DNA of 64,000 nt from Octopus sinensis (GCF_006345805.1 NC_043006.1:30814001-30878000), one strand, 5' to 3'; positions 1 through 12,990 are shown, counted from the stretch's first letter. Numbers and translations: made by a program. Notes: a model not told the origin generated them from the letters alone.

Positions 1-312
1 CAACACGAATCTTCTCTCCAACTAAACAATTCACCTTTGGGGTTAAGAAGCCCCCCTCCACCGGATCAAGAAAGTTTTTTAGGATCCTTATCCTCTCAGC
101 CAAGTAAAGTTTGCATTGTCTGCTCCCATTGAGGTAAGGTCCAGGTTGTTCCAGGAGTTTCCTGTATGGCATCTGTGTATCATACTTAATATATATACAC
201 CATTGATAGGCCAAATACTATAGTATTCTTCCTGGGATAACATCTCATATAGACATGCTGTGTTAAAAACACATGGCTCAGTCATTTACATTATGTGTGT
301 GTGAATACAAAC

Positions 313-356
313 CTTTCTTTTTCTTTTTCACTTGATTCTGGCATTTTCAGAGCTGC
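313..356 (-). CDS. FTCD: FTCD coding exon 11 (AALKMPESSEKEKE-R); gene continues left of the window
   Basis: 44 nt, tctcttttag acceptor, GTTTGT donor; aligns by eye to mammalian EAMRLPKNTPEEKDR. Confidence 0.88.
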
Positions 357-1309
357 CTAAAAGAGAAAGAGATAAGAAGAGATAATGAATGAATATATGA
401 TGTTCTAGGTTTTATTTCCCAGTCATTTTACCCAACATTTTAACATTTTAACAATTCAGTATAAATTTTCCACCAAAAACCAAAATAATTGCTCACTTTG
501 CACAAGAAACTGATTATTCAATCAATTCCCTGTCTGACTCATTGTTGTTGGACATCCAGGGATTATAAATTCATGCTGTTTAATTCCAAGTCAGCATCAA
601 TCAAGCAGACTAATGACTTATAGGTTATCGGTCCAATGTTGTGATATGATTCATAGACCCATTATTCCAGTCTGCTAAATGAATGGCCCTTTTACAACCT
701 CAAACACTCAGCTGTTTCACTGAGACAACTTCAACAATCTCCAATCTTGGCATCTTGCTTTTTGTCCATTATTTAGTCTGTTTTTCTGATCTTATAAGAC
801 CTGCACAGACTGTGACAGTTGCTGTTCCACAACACCTCATTGTTGATTGGTATTGAACATCCCTTCACAGTGTTTGAGGATAATAAAATTCTTGATGTTG
901 TAACTTTGTGTTTTGTGTTTTAATATCTGACTGAAGTGAGTGAGAAGGGCGACCAGACACTCTTTCTCAGTTTGATTTACTTAATCAACACATCAAGTAT
1001 TTGATACTTTATGAGAATTTACTTGTTTGGAAGTGAATTAGTAACACCAGTTCTTTGATAACAAAATGCCATGTAACCTCTAATTTGTCTTTGAGTTATT
1101 TCTGTCATTGATACTATCTTCCATGAACATTTCAAAGACAAACCAATGTGGAAGAATCCACTTTTTTATGACAAATAAAGGCTTCAGCTTGGAATTGAAA
1201 CCATCCCAGACCATCCCAGACTTGGTTCAGCTGGAATTTACCTCCACTTCATATCATGTACATTCTTTGAATCATAAAATATATCATATGTTCAGCTATT
1301 TCATCATTG

Positions 1310-1631
1310 TAGTAAAGATTGTTTGCCAACATAACATGGCAGTTCTGGTTTAGGACTAATGTTGCTGTAATTTAGCCCCAGGAGACATTGTCTCCAGCTG
1401 GCTATATGGCATGATCTGTGTCCTTATATTTTCAAACAAGGGAATCTAACAATATTGATACACAGATGTTGTTTTGAGCTGAGTGGGGGTACTAGATTCC
1501 CTTGTTTGAAAATATAAGAACACAGATCGTGTTGTATAGCCAGCTGGAGACGATGTCTCCTGGTGCTAAATTACAGCAACGTTCATCCTAAACCAGGACT
1601 GCCATGTTATGTTGGAAAACAATTTTTACTA
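1310..1631. repeat. Fold-back element: 139-bp inverted arms, 44-bp spacer, in an FTCD intron
   Basis: 1310-1448 is the reverse complement of 1493-1631 with about 13 mismatches by hand count. Confidence 0.9.
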
Positions 1632-2049
1632 TAAAGTAATGTTGCTGAATATCTCTCGTTGTGAGATTTAAAAATAGTAATTTTCTAATATTTCCTCATT
1701 GTGTTATAGTTTTGTTTTTTTTTGTGGATTTAACCATGGTAACAGCATTCTATAAATATGAATGCCATTTAGTTGGGGTAAATTCTTGACAAAGTGATTC
1801 TGTAATCAAGGTTCACTTCTTAGTTGAGCCATGTCACTTCAAGTGTCATTCCTAATTCTGTAAGGGAGAGGCAGAGAAACTCTACCAATCTTCACTCTTT
1901 AACACACTACTTAAAAAACCCCTTTAGGTATAACTCAGCCATTTATTGGAGGTTACAGAATATATGAACCCTTTTGAGGTCCTGTCAATATAGTAAGAAC
2001 AAAAAAACAAATGAAATAATAATAAAATCGTAAACAACTCAGGTCTCAC

Positions 2050-2211
2050 CATATATTTATTGAAAGCTGCAGAATCTGCATCAATGTATTTCTTCAATTC
2101 CAGAATCTTCTCGTGAAGTTGTGGAATTAACCGCCTCATGATAGGATCCACTTCATCAAATTGCTTCTTTCCATAAGTCAATAAACCAACCATCTTGAAG
2201 AGTCCGACACC
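2050..2211 (-). CDS. FTCD: FTCD coding exon 10 (GVGLFKMVGLLTYGKKQFDEVDPIMRRLIPQLHEKILELKKYIDADSAAFNKYM)
   Basis: 162 nt, tgcag acceptor, GTGAGA donor; MVGL.TYG and DAD..AF cyclodeaminase motifs. Confidence 0.97.
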
Positions 2212-2589
2212 CTGCAATATGTTGGAAACTGACATTGCAGTGTAAATGCTAACAATCTTCTGGAAGTTTTTAGTAGAGGATAGCAAGGAATAGGGAAGAG
2301 TAAGTGAAAAAGTGAAAAAGCTGTGTGTCACAGATCGAATCGTATGCAAATATGAAGGTGTCTGTGTGTAGAGCCTGGATTAATTTACGATTTCTTCTGA
2401 CACAAAGCCACAAATAATGTATAATTTCTACAAAATATGTATAAATTAGGATTAGATAAAGGATAAAGATTATTCCAAAGTCATATAAACTCATAGAGCT
2501 GGTCTCCTGGTTCTTGTGATGCATATATCCCCAAACCCCTGGATCGGATGCTAGTCTATCGCAGGCTTGCTCATTTTTGCCAATGACAA

Positions 2590-2975
2590 ATACATGTTTA
2601 GTATTATTTTATTCTTTTATTTGTTTCAGTCATTTGGCTGTGGCCATGCTGGAGTACCACCTTTAGTTGAACAAATCGATTCCAAGACTTACTCTTTGTA
2701 CGCCTTGTACTTATTCTATCAGTCTTTTTTACCAAACTGCTAAGTTATGGGGACATAAACACACCAACATCAGTTGTCAAGTGAAGGTGGTGGGGACACA
2801 CACAAACATATACATATGATGGGCTTCTTTCAGTTTCCGTCTACCAAATTCACTCACATGGATTTGGTCAGCCCAAGGCTATTATAGAAGACACTTGCCC
2901 ATGTAGTGGTCCTGAACCCAGAACCATATGGTTGGTAAGCAAGCTACTTACCACACAGCCACTCCTGCACCTGTA
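2590..2975 (-). mobile_element. tRNA-derived SINE (Octopus-type family also at 19641-20030 and 21085-21460)
   Basis: Reverse complement of the family head (gtgtggtaagtagcttgct...ccatatggttctgggttcag) and shared 3' tail (catggccacagcc..atgactgaaacaa). Confidence 0.75.
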
Positions 2976-3756
2976 CATGTTTAGTATTATTAACTTGGAG
3001 GAATGTAAGGCAAAACTGACATCAGTTTGGATTTGAACCAAGTATGGGGAGATATGAAACTAAATACTGCAGTGTATTTAGCCAAACATTCCTCTCTTTT
3101 CAGCACTCAGCTTCCAAGCTCTTTGTCAATAAAACAAACAAGGAATAATTTTGAAACTATTCCTTAACCACAACTACCATTTATCTCTCCATTTTTGGTT
3201 TGGTGTCTCTGCTTCTTTCCTTCAACTACTGAACTGATAAGTCTTTGAGTAAAATTCCCTAGAAAATGGTTATGTTGTTTTCTAAGTTTTTAGTGTTACA
3301 GATAAAGAAATAGAATATATTTATAGATATAGATCCTGTACAATTGCTGAATGAGAAAGAATAAAGAAATACCAAAATGACACAGTTCCACAACACTGCA
3401 TCTTAAAAGAGACAAATTTTAACCATTAAAAGAGAAAAACATTTAAAGAATTTTGATGTCCAGTTCAAACAAAGACAATTAAAATATTCTAAAATATCCA
3501 TCTAAAATGTATAGAGTTTGTTAATGTTGTTCAGTTTTTTTGTTTAGCCATGGTAGGCAAGACCATGCTGGAGCATTGCCTTCAGATAAGGATTCTTTGT
3601 CTTCCTTTGTCTGCAACAATATTTGCATTAGCTGTCACTGGAAAAAAGATAAATGGCTGCTTTACCAGAATCCCATTAATCAGGCCTTTCCAGGCTCTAC
3701 AACAGCTTTCTGTGTTGATATTTCATTGACTGATTGATTAAATTAATTTATTGACA

Positions 3757-3793
<37 letters not shown>

Positions 3794-4244
3794 CATAGCT
3801 TATTGAATGATTGACTGGTTGATTTAGACTTGGAAATGCATTGTCAAAGCTGATAAATCTTAAAGAGATCTTGAACAAGAAATATCAATTAGGTGGTTGA
3901 TATAATTTCATATTATTTAATTACAATGGACTAAATGGTTAGGACAACTCTTGTCCAAAGAGATGGAAAATCCAATTTATTGGATATACAAAGCTAAAAT
4001 ATATTATTTAAACTGTGAGACCAGAAAAATAAAGGTGCCAGTCTGTATTTCAATTATTTAAGGTTATAAAGGAAGATATGATTCTTCTCTGTCCTATGTT
4101 TGGAGACATAAATATTCCGAGATGCTAATGGCCAGTATTAAAACAGCTTCTTATGAGAAGTTCCCTCCAAAATTTAAAAACTTCCATAAACTGGACAATG
4201 AACAAAATAAAATGTAAAATTCAAGAGAAGAGTCTTTTTCTCAC

Positions 4245-4368
4245 CAGAGATGCACAAAGTGCTGCCACTGATCCACCACCAGGCACAGCAGTTCTGCTCC
4301 CTACACTCTCTATAAATGAAGACAGTTTTAAGTCCAGAAGGGGATTGCTCTCATCCTTTAGCATAAAC
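4245..4368 (-). CDS. FTCD: FTCD coding exon 9 (FMLKDESNPLLDLKLSSFIESVGSRTAVPGGGSVAALCASL)
   Basis: 124 nt, ttttag acceptor, GTGAGA donor; cyclodeaminase PGGGSVAA motif. Confidence 0.96.
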
Positions 4369-6277
4369 CTAAAATGATAAAGTCATCTGTTGTCATCAAC
4401 ATTTTAGGAATCATATGATACAAATATTCAAAATGTTCAACTGCTACAAAAATACATAAGATGTAGACATTCAAGAACTGTAGAAACTGAAGTTTTATTT
4501 TTATCATTTCCTCTTATGGAAGAGGAATGCAGTCCACCAGTTTTTTTAGGAACCATTGATCTGCTAGAGGCATATCTTTTTTTCTTTCTTCCTTTTTTCT
4601 TTTTTCCATTTCTCTGCATTACATCAGTTCATTCAAATGGTTTGAAGAGGTAACATAACTCTGCAAGACAAGATACTGATTTCCTGACAAAGCAGGAAAT
4701 CTATCTCTTTCCATAACATTGTGAAATTAGAACTATGCACTAACCCTCAAAGAACTCTTTGGATCTTTGAGGGAATTTACATGTATTAAACAATGAGGCA
4801 GAGATAATTGGTTGATACTTATAATGGTGGTGTCTATGTTCCTGTAGGCTACTGGATGGAAAGGAAATGGAGACCATTACAATAGTGACTTAGAAAGAGC
4901 ACACTTAAGTTTTAGGAAAATGGTTATAGAGTGTTGACCTCTCAGATGTTTGACCTTTTTGATGGATCCATGTGTGTATGTAATAGTATGTAGCTCATCC
5001 ATCACAGATACTTGACCAGTCCACTTATGAAGGGTCAACTTAAATATAGAATAACGGTCAGTTGTGAGATTGAGAGGGGAATTATTTTCTGACCTTGAAT
5101 AAGGCAGGTCCAAAGAAACTATGAATTCTTACTATGCTGTTATTTACTCCAAAGTTACCCCCTCTCCATTATTTGCATATCTAGGACTGCGTTGTTCAAA
5201 GTGTCCTTTTTTCAGATGATAGGGTATGATCTGAGAGATTTAGGGGCTATTTCAAGCAGGTCAAACAATCAGGTAGAATCTCCCTTATTGGTTACCACTT
5301 TTAGAGATGGTTAGGCTCTTATATGTTGCTGTTGTTGTTTAGCCCAAGGTCAGCCCTGGTTGAGCAGACCTATGATCAAAGATATTTCAGCCATGATCAA
5401 CCCACATTTTTATGTGCAGGTAAGCCAGCATCAGATTATCTAATTATTCAAAGCATCAGATTATTCTAAGATGGCTGGGTGTGATTTGAAATCTATTTCT
5501 TGCAGGGCAAACAGCCATAAAGTGACTCCTTAATTGACTAATTAATTAGAGAAGTGCAAGGCTGTTAAACATGTGCTGTTTGTGAATTTGGTGCAGAGAG
5601 GAGTAGAAACGTTTGACCTGTAAAATGACAGGTTTTTATGTTTCTGATGGAGATTACATGGTTGGACTGCCAATGTAGGGTCTCTCTAATTTAAAATGTA
5701 TTATTTGGAAATTTTCTTCTTGAAGTATGCCATGACCATTTTGAAGATCTGTTCAAGCAGGTGCATGGAAGTTCTTTAGAATAAATACTTAAAAGCAAAA
5801 AATTGGTGCTGATCAATAAAATATTTATAGGAATCAATAAAATAAATGTTTTTTTTTCTGTTAATAAAATTGTTAAAATTAATAAATTACAATTAAAACA
5901 AGTAAAAAGAGTTACATGTCTGTGATTCTGATGCTGATGTGTTATCAACTCAAGGAAGCAAGACAGAGAGGTTTGCTTTCTTGAGTGTAGTTGGTAGAAC
6001 ATCAGTGTCAGTCATTCAGCCTGTGAGAAATAGCAACCAAATCTCCCTCAAATTACATCCTACCATTTTATAAATGAAGTACTCATTGGAAGCTGTAATC
6101 CCTCTGTATGCAACAGTACAAGGTGGTCAAAGCTGGAATGTCTTTAATCAGTCAGGACTGCCATGAATCTAAATAACAACAGCAGCAATAACTAAAGTAC
6201 CATAAAGTTAGTTCAGATTGGTCAATTCAATTTGTGATATGATGAAACTGAGGAAAGAACATGAGATCAACTCTTAC

Positions 6278-6339
6278 TCTATAATTTTTTCCTTTGGGTT
6301 GAATGGTCCGAGTGAATTGAGGCCGAGTCTGTTGATCAC
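6278..6339 (-). CDS. FTCD: FTCD coding exon 8 (VINRLGLNSLGPFNPKEKII-E)
   Basis: 62 nt, ttttaccag acceptor, GTAAGA donor, phase 0 to 2; RLGL.SL.PF.PKE.IIE motif. Confidence 0.95.
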
Positions 6340-7084
6340 CTGGTAAAACATAGATATAAACAAAAGAATTAGAAATGCTGTCACCAGTAATATACTGGGG
6401 GCTCTAAGGACTGGGCATGCTGAATATAATACTATTTTAAAATATAAATATATCTCTATTAATTAAGAAGATGGAGTCTCCTGTCATTGGATGAATTGAA
6501 ATACCTGTTTGTCAGATTAGTGTATTGTGGTTGGGTATTCCACAGTCACTTGTATCTTGAACCTAATTCTCAGGCAGAAACAACATAAGACAATGTATGA
6601 CAAGGCTGGTTCTTAGAATAACATTCCATTCCAAGTAATTCCCTTTTTCTCAGTTTCACTCTCAAGGATCAGGCCCCTCGCCAAATATAATCATGTTTAA
6701 ATGAGTCAGCTGATAGAATCAGCCAATTTCCTAAAGGTCAATGACAGAAATGGCTGGAAAAAGTCAGGCTGTTTTACAAATTTCACCATTTACAAGATAT
6801 TTTAATTGTTCAGTTGATGTAACAATTATTTCATGTCTACAAAGAAAAAAATCCTTTTGGTATCTCTGAAATCATCCAAAGAACAAAGAATTTAGAAATC
6901 TGGAATTGTTTTCTGTGAGACTAGAATCAATTTTGAAAGAGTGAAAATAGTGCTAGGATATTTACATAATATTTCTGGCTGGAGTCAAGGGGAATCCATT
7001 TGTATGGTGACTCCTGCTCAATTGATTGACTCTAAGTTTTATAAAGAGTGTAGGAAATATAAAATAGATAGAAATTGTTTCATT

Positions 7085-7560
7085 GGCTGGTTTGACTGAT
7101 TCACTAAATGACTGAACAGCTGACTAACTGATTAAGTGATCGATTGATTGATTGATTGATCAATTGTCTGTCTGAAATGTTAATCTGACTGATAGTTTAA
7201 CTGACAGATAGACTGATGACTCCATTCAATTAATTAGATTTGTGATTGATTAACTGACTTGTTCTTTAATGAATTCACAGATTTATAGAAACAGTACGTG
7301 ATGTGTTAGTTGATTGAGTTATTCAGTTGACTAATCTTAATGACTAACAGATAGAATGAGTGACTGATAGCTAGATTAATCAACAGAATTCCTAACATGA
7401 CTGATTAAAATAATGTCTAAATGACAGATTGAAAAAGTGTTGGATAATCACTGATTGACAGAATTGAGGAACTGAATCAATCACACATTCATTGACTGAT
7501 TAAAACAATGTCTGATTGAGTGAAGAAATGATAAACTAGCTGACTCATGTGATCAAATGT
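7085..7560. repeat. Degenerate (GATT/GACT)n simple repeat
   Basis: Dense gactga/gattga/ttgact units; a shorter pure (GATT)n is at ~3730-3795. Confidence 0.75.
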
Positions 7561-7648
7561 TTGACTGATTTCAAAATCAGTCCTTTTCCTGGGTGACTCC
7601 ACCCAGCTGTCATGTTTAATAAACACAGCATTTACTATGATGTCTTAC

Positions 7649-7780
7649 CAAAGAAACCTTCTGGTCTTCATCCAAGACAAACAGTTGTTCTGTTTTCATA
7701 TAGTACTCAGCTGCCGAGAGTACTGCTTGGAGTGGAATCAGCCCCACAATCTGAGATCCAACCACAGGAAGCTTTAGCCC
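7649..7780 (-). CDS. FTCD: FTCD coding exon 7 (GLKLPVVGSQIVGLIPLQAVLSAAEYYMKTEQLFVLDEDQKVSL)
   Basis: 132 nt, ttttcag acceptor, GTAAGA donor; LPVVGSQ.VGL.PL motif. Confidence 0.97.
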
Positions 7781-8415
7781 CTGAAAACATAAATAATTGT
7801 ATATAAGAAAGGATATAAATATATTCAAAAGGGCACAGACACAAGGACCAGGACAAACAGGCAGGCAGTGCCATGGATGGACGTATGTATGGACTGACAG
7901 ATAGATGTACAGAACAAGAAGGAGAGAGAGAGAGAATGAGGGAGAAAGAGAGAAGAATTACATTGAGTGCAATTTAAATGATATTCGGCTGATGCATAAA
8001 TTTGACCCAAAGACAGATTGGATAAAACCTTGGTTCAGTTATGTAATCCTGTTTTTATATATGCTGAGCATGGATTAGGCTCAACATGTTTTGGTTGTCT
8101 GCTGCGTACACTTTTATGCTTTCCTATGTCAAAATAAACAAAACAACATATGTATTGTGTATGTGTGTGTATGTGTGTGTGTGTGTGTGTGTGTGCATGT
8201 ATGTATGCACATACGCATGTGTGTGTGTGTGTATGTATATACACCCTGTCCATTCAATGGAAAATATCAGAAAAAGGTAGAACATCCTGTGTAGTGAAGG
8301 CATCAAAAAGAATTGTATGATGTTCACTGAAAACATGCTTAAAAGCAGACACATGTTCACACACACACACGCACACACACACACACACACACAACACACA
8401 CAACACACACACACA

Positions 8416-8456
<41 letters not shown>

Positions 8457-8872
8457 CTTCTGAAGCAGAAAGAAAACAAAATCACGCTCCTTATCTCAGT
8501 ACATTTTCTTTATTTCAGGTTGACAGAGAATGCAATTGTCAACATCAATAAGCTGGATTATAATAGAAAGCACAATACTTTGTCTTAATGGACTGAAAAG
8601 GTGTCTCTGTCTCTTGGTTAAAAGCATAAGATTTTTATAGGTCTTTGTGATGTTCAGTAAATGACAAGAGCATGTGTCGATGTGCAGACATGAAAACAAT
8701 AATCTCTTAAAGAAGCAGTTGATGCAACCATCCATCTACACATACACACACGTGCATAGATTTACACATATACACATGTATACAAAAGTCCATGAATTGA
8801 AGCAAATTTTTCAACTCATATATATATATATATACACAGGCAAACATGTAGAAATAGATGTTATATACTTAC

Positions 8873-9010
8873 ATCTGCACACTTTTTCACTTCTTCGAAA
8901 ACTGTATGCAACGAAGTTACTTCATAATCTAAGATATTCATGGAAACTTGAGCCAAGTTGTTTTCCTGAAGATACCATCCAATTCCTTGCAGCTTCTTCA
9001 GGCTATGAGG
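8873..9010 (-). CDS. FTCD: FTCD coding exon 6 ([46 protein letters not shown])
   Basis: 138 nt, ttttcag acceptor, GTAAGT donor; read by hand (absent from the ORF track on this strand); QGIGWYL...AQVS motif. Confidence 0.96.
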
Positions 9011-9260
9011 CTGAAAATATGTTGGGAAAACATGATAGCATCATAGATATATAAATATTTATTTATATAATTTAATGTACACTGTATAAAAATAAGAGCA
9101 TTGCTAGTTTCATGCTTTGGAGACATGTGTTTCGGCAGGTTTTTATGTCTCCAAGCAATCTCAGGTCCTAAGCACATGGTTTGTTCTATTCGAAAATCAG
9201 GACACTGATACATGAGGATTCATAAGAAAAAATGAGAAGGTTGTTGTTTTTATTTATATG

Positions 9261-9318
<58 letters not shown>

Positions 9319-9333
9319 TACATACACACACAC

Positions 9334-9365
<32 letters not shown>

Positions 9366-9742
9366 GATATATATATATTGGGTCATCCCATAAATAATGC
9401 AGTTTTTTTATGTCTTTTATTTTTCTCCTCCTCATCCTCCTCTTCCTCCTCCTCCTCATCCCCACAACAACAACACTAACAAAAAAACTTTTATATGGTT
9501 GCTAGAAATAGCAGTCAAATCTCCCTCAAATCCCACCTTATTCTCTTAAATTTTGAAAACATAAAATAATATTATCCTAGATACCCCACCACAGGTACAT
9601 AGTTGATCATACATTTACTTGATCTGGATTGACCTGGGGTTAAACAACATGAATATCATCCCCATCACCATTTGTAAACTGAATCTTTTTTTATTGCGGA
9701 ACTTTTTACAAGTTGACTGCATGGGAAATAAAAGAGTGTTAC

Positions 9743-9919
9743 CCTGTCTTTCCGTCCTTGTTCTCTAACCATCAGAGCAATCCTATGTGCTTGTTCCTTT
9801 GTACTAATCAGGTTGACATTGAATGCAATTAGATACTTGCGTGCCCCAGTCACAGTGGCACCCCATCGTTCTACAAATGCTGCTGGACCATAATCTGGTT
9901 TCCATTCTGGATCTTTCAA
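9743..9919 (-). CDS. FTCD: FTCD coding exon 5 ([59 protein letters not shown])
   Basis: 177 nt, poly-T cag acceptor, GTAACA donor; WGAT.TGARK.LIAFN motif. Confidence 0.97.
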
Positions 9920-10675
9920 CTGAAAAAAAAAAAAGAAAACAGAAATCATATCAATCAAGGTCATTAATAACTATGTAAAGCTGACTTCACAGAGAAAATT
10001 ATGCGATTTTCTCTGTGTTTGAGTTTTTTCCATTTAGGAAACATGAGATCAAATTAATTGCATTGACATAATAGGGATTGAACCCTCAGTTTGCAGATTT
10101 TATCATTTACAGGTTTCGACTCTATCCTGAAACACTTCATTTTACTTCAAAGATTAGTAAAACTCTTTCACAAATTGGGAAGCAGCAAATCTAGATTTGA
10201 TGACATTTATGTGTTTCTACATATAAGACTTCTTTGACTAAATCTCAATTTAAGATTTTAAAAAAAAAAGTTTCATTTTTTTCCCTTTCCTCTCAGTTCT
10301 TCTGTCATCATTCCGTTGATGAACATCACTAATTCCCATTGAAACGATTGGTTGTTACAGTTACAAATATTAAGACACATGTAAAGGAAGCTTTTTATTC
10401 TTTGACTGGTTTCAGTCATAGGACTGCAACCATGCTGGAGCACTGCTTTAATTATTTTCTATCAGTTTTGTTGCTGCTTTATGATTTGAAATTGGTCTAT
10501 GATTGAGTTTGCAGAAACTGATCTTTTCTGAGTGTACCCTACAATAGTTGGCTGGTCCAGTACCATCAATCGTCAGGTGTTTAAATCCCATTAAAAAAAA
10601 AAATCTTTTAGACAACTTGGTGTGATTCAATTGAAGGCTACAAAAGAACAACTTTAAAATAGAAACAGTGTTTAC

Positions 10676-10764
10676 CTTGGCCTGGAGGCCTTCATATTCT
10701 CCTGCCCTAATATTTGCCAGTAATGTCCGGTCAGGCTTCTTGGCAGAAGCACCATAAAGATAAA
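10676..10764 (-). CDS. FTCD: FTCD coding exon 4 (VYLYGASAKKPDRTLLANIRAGEYEGLQAK)
   Basis: 89 nt, tttcag acceptor, GTAAAC donor; VYLYG and IRAGEYE motifs. Confidence 0.97.
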
Positions 10765-10813
10765 CTGAAAGGTGTAAAACATAATTTTTTTCAATTATAA
10801 AGAAAATGTAAAC

Positions 10814-11545
10814 TATACATACATACATACATACATACATACACACACACATACATACATACATACATACATGCATGCATACATACATACATACATACAT
10901 GCATGCATACATACATACATACATACGTACATACACATGTACATACATACATACATACGTACATACATATGTACATACATACATACATACATACATATGT
11001 ACATACATACATACATACATATGTACATACACATGTACATACATACATACACATGTACATACATACACATGTACATACATACATACATACGTACATACAC
11101 ATGTACATACATACATACGTACATACACATGTACATACATACACACACACATACATACATACATGCATGCATACATACATACATACGTACATACACATGT
11201 ACATACATACATACATACGTACATACATATGTACATACATACATACATACATACATATGTACATACATACATACATACATATGTACATACACATGTACAT
11301 ACATACATACATACATACATACACATGTACATTCATACATACGTACACACACATGTACATACATACATACACACACACATACATACATACATACATACAT
11401 ACATGCATGCATACATACATACATACATACGTACGTACATACATATGTACATACATACAAATGTACATACATACGTTCATACACACAAATACATACATAC
11501 ATACAATTGTACATACATACGTACATACACACACACATACATACA

Positions 11546-11576
<31 letters not shown>

Positions 11577-11585
11577 GTACATACA
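10814..11585. repeat. Compound (TACA)n array with TGTA/CGTA/TGCA variants
   Basis: About 770 bp of near-strict purine-pyrimidine alternation; generates all the MYVC/HTYI ORFs in the track. Confidence 0.95.
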
Positions 11586-11823
11586 AAGATGTACAAAAAA
11601 GCTGAAGAATTTAATATAAGAAATATGAGCAATTAAATATTATGAGGAACGAACAGGAAATGGATAAAATGTCCAAGTGGCTGGAATTTCAAAGAATTCG
11701 TATGGGAAGTAAAAATAGTTCATTCAAAGAAAAGTAAGGAATAAAATGTGGAAAGTCTCTTTGAATGAATGCGAATAAGATTTTACAGTTCTATATTTAA
11801 GAGATGAGGAATTATGTACAATG

Positions 11824-11941
11824 TTTACATTTGATGGCTATTTGTCCTCATCTTGTTTGTAATTAACAACTGGAGGGTATATCAGCCGAAACATTGTGTT
11901 AACAACAAACAAGATGAGGAAAAATATCCATCAAATGTAAA
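11824..11941. repeat. Small PLE-derived hairpin with the 3' half of a hammerhead
   Basis: tttacatttgatgg..tcctcatcttgtttgt pairs with acaaacaagatgagga..ccatcaaatgtaaa; loop has ggagggtatatcagccGAAAC; same family as 48110-48260. Confidence 0.75.
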
Positions 11942-11973
11942 TAATGTAAATTATGAAAACGATTTCATTTGCA

Positions 11974-12036
<63 letters not shown>

Positions 12037-12540
12037 ATGTGTGTGTGTGTGTGTGTGTGCATGTGTGTGTGACATTAAATACAAACAGAGAGAGAGAGAA
12101 TGGAACAGGAGCTGTTGAGAGAATGTGTGCCATGGATTCAATTAGACCAGTTGAAATTCCTTAATTGCCAGGTAACCTCTTTTGCAATTTATTGTTGTTC
12201 CACTGAGGAAAGATGTTCCAGGTTTCAATTCAAATACGTTGCACCTAAAGACCATTTAAGTTGTGATTGGTGGAAAATAACCAATGAGACACCAAGAAAA
12301 AAATTCAGTCAGTGACTAGTTGAATATGTGACTGTCATTTTGATCATCTCCAAATAAGAAAACTCTTGGTTGAAGTGATGACAACATGACAATTAATTTG
12401 ATAGAACAGTGAGATGATTGTGGCTGATGTCCGTAATAGTAACTGCCAAATCAATGCACACACACACACGTGTGTGTGTGTGTGCATAGTAGAGTAAGAA
12501 ATAGTAAGTCCAAATGACTGAAACAAGTAAAAAAATAAAA

Positions 12541-12591
<51 letters not shown>

Positions 12592-12616
12592 GATATTTTA
12601 CTGAGGAAGGCTGGTT

Positions 12617-12803
12617 TATGGGGTTACCTTGGGTTTCTTGTTCATAAAGGGTTTAACTTTATGGCATATTGTCAGACCCCAAGACCTGTTGGCCTAAGAC
12701 CTCTTTAAAATATTTCAAAGAGGATATTTTAAAAAGGTCTTAGGCCAACAGATCTTGGGGTCTGACGATATGACATGAACAGAAAACCCAGGGTAACCCC
12801 ATA
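12617..12803. repeat. Palindrome of two divergent decayed hammerhead-bearing arms
   Basis: Arms 12617-12713 and 12724-12803 (left arm has about 19 extra nt); consensus TGGGGT-CTGACGA-stemII-GAAACCCAGGGTA-ACCCCA. Confidence 0.75.
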
Positions 12804-12931
12804 TATATATATATATATATATATATTGATAGAAATGGCGAGATAACTAAAGAATGAAAGAGACCTCGATATTATGTAAATAGAGGAATTTATTTGTAAA
12901 TATGATATGTGACAATTATTCGGTAGCCATG

Positions 12932-12990
12932 AAAAAACTCTGAGTTTCGGATGTCAGGGTGGAAACCCACGCCAGCATCTCTTCAGTTAT
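12932..12990 (-). ncRNA. Degenerate minimal type I hammerhead motif
   Basis: CTGAAGA-GATG..CATCC-GAAA-CTCAGAG-TT; core and near-palindromic stem III present, stem I weak. Confidence 0.5.

Noticed and set aside
1-312. Possible FTCD exon 12
   Set aside because: No frame resembles the expected continuation (R.AALQEGL..AV.VP); the remaining exons are probably left of the window. ORF 88-285 has no recognisable homology.
10448-11636. Long ORFs (238-294 aa) of MYVC/HTYI repeats
   Set aside because: Translations of the (TACA)n array, which lacks stops; only 10676-10764 is real (FTCD exon 4).
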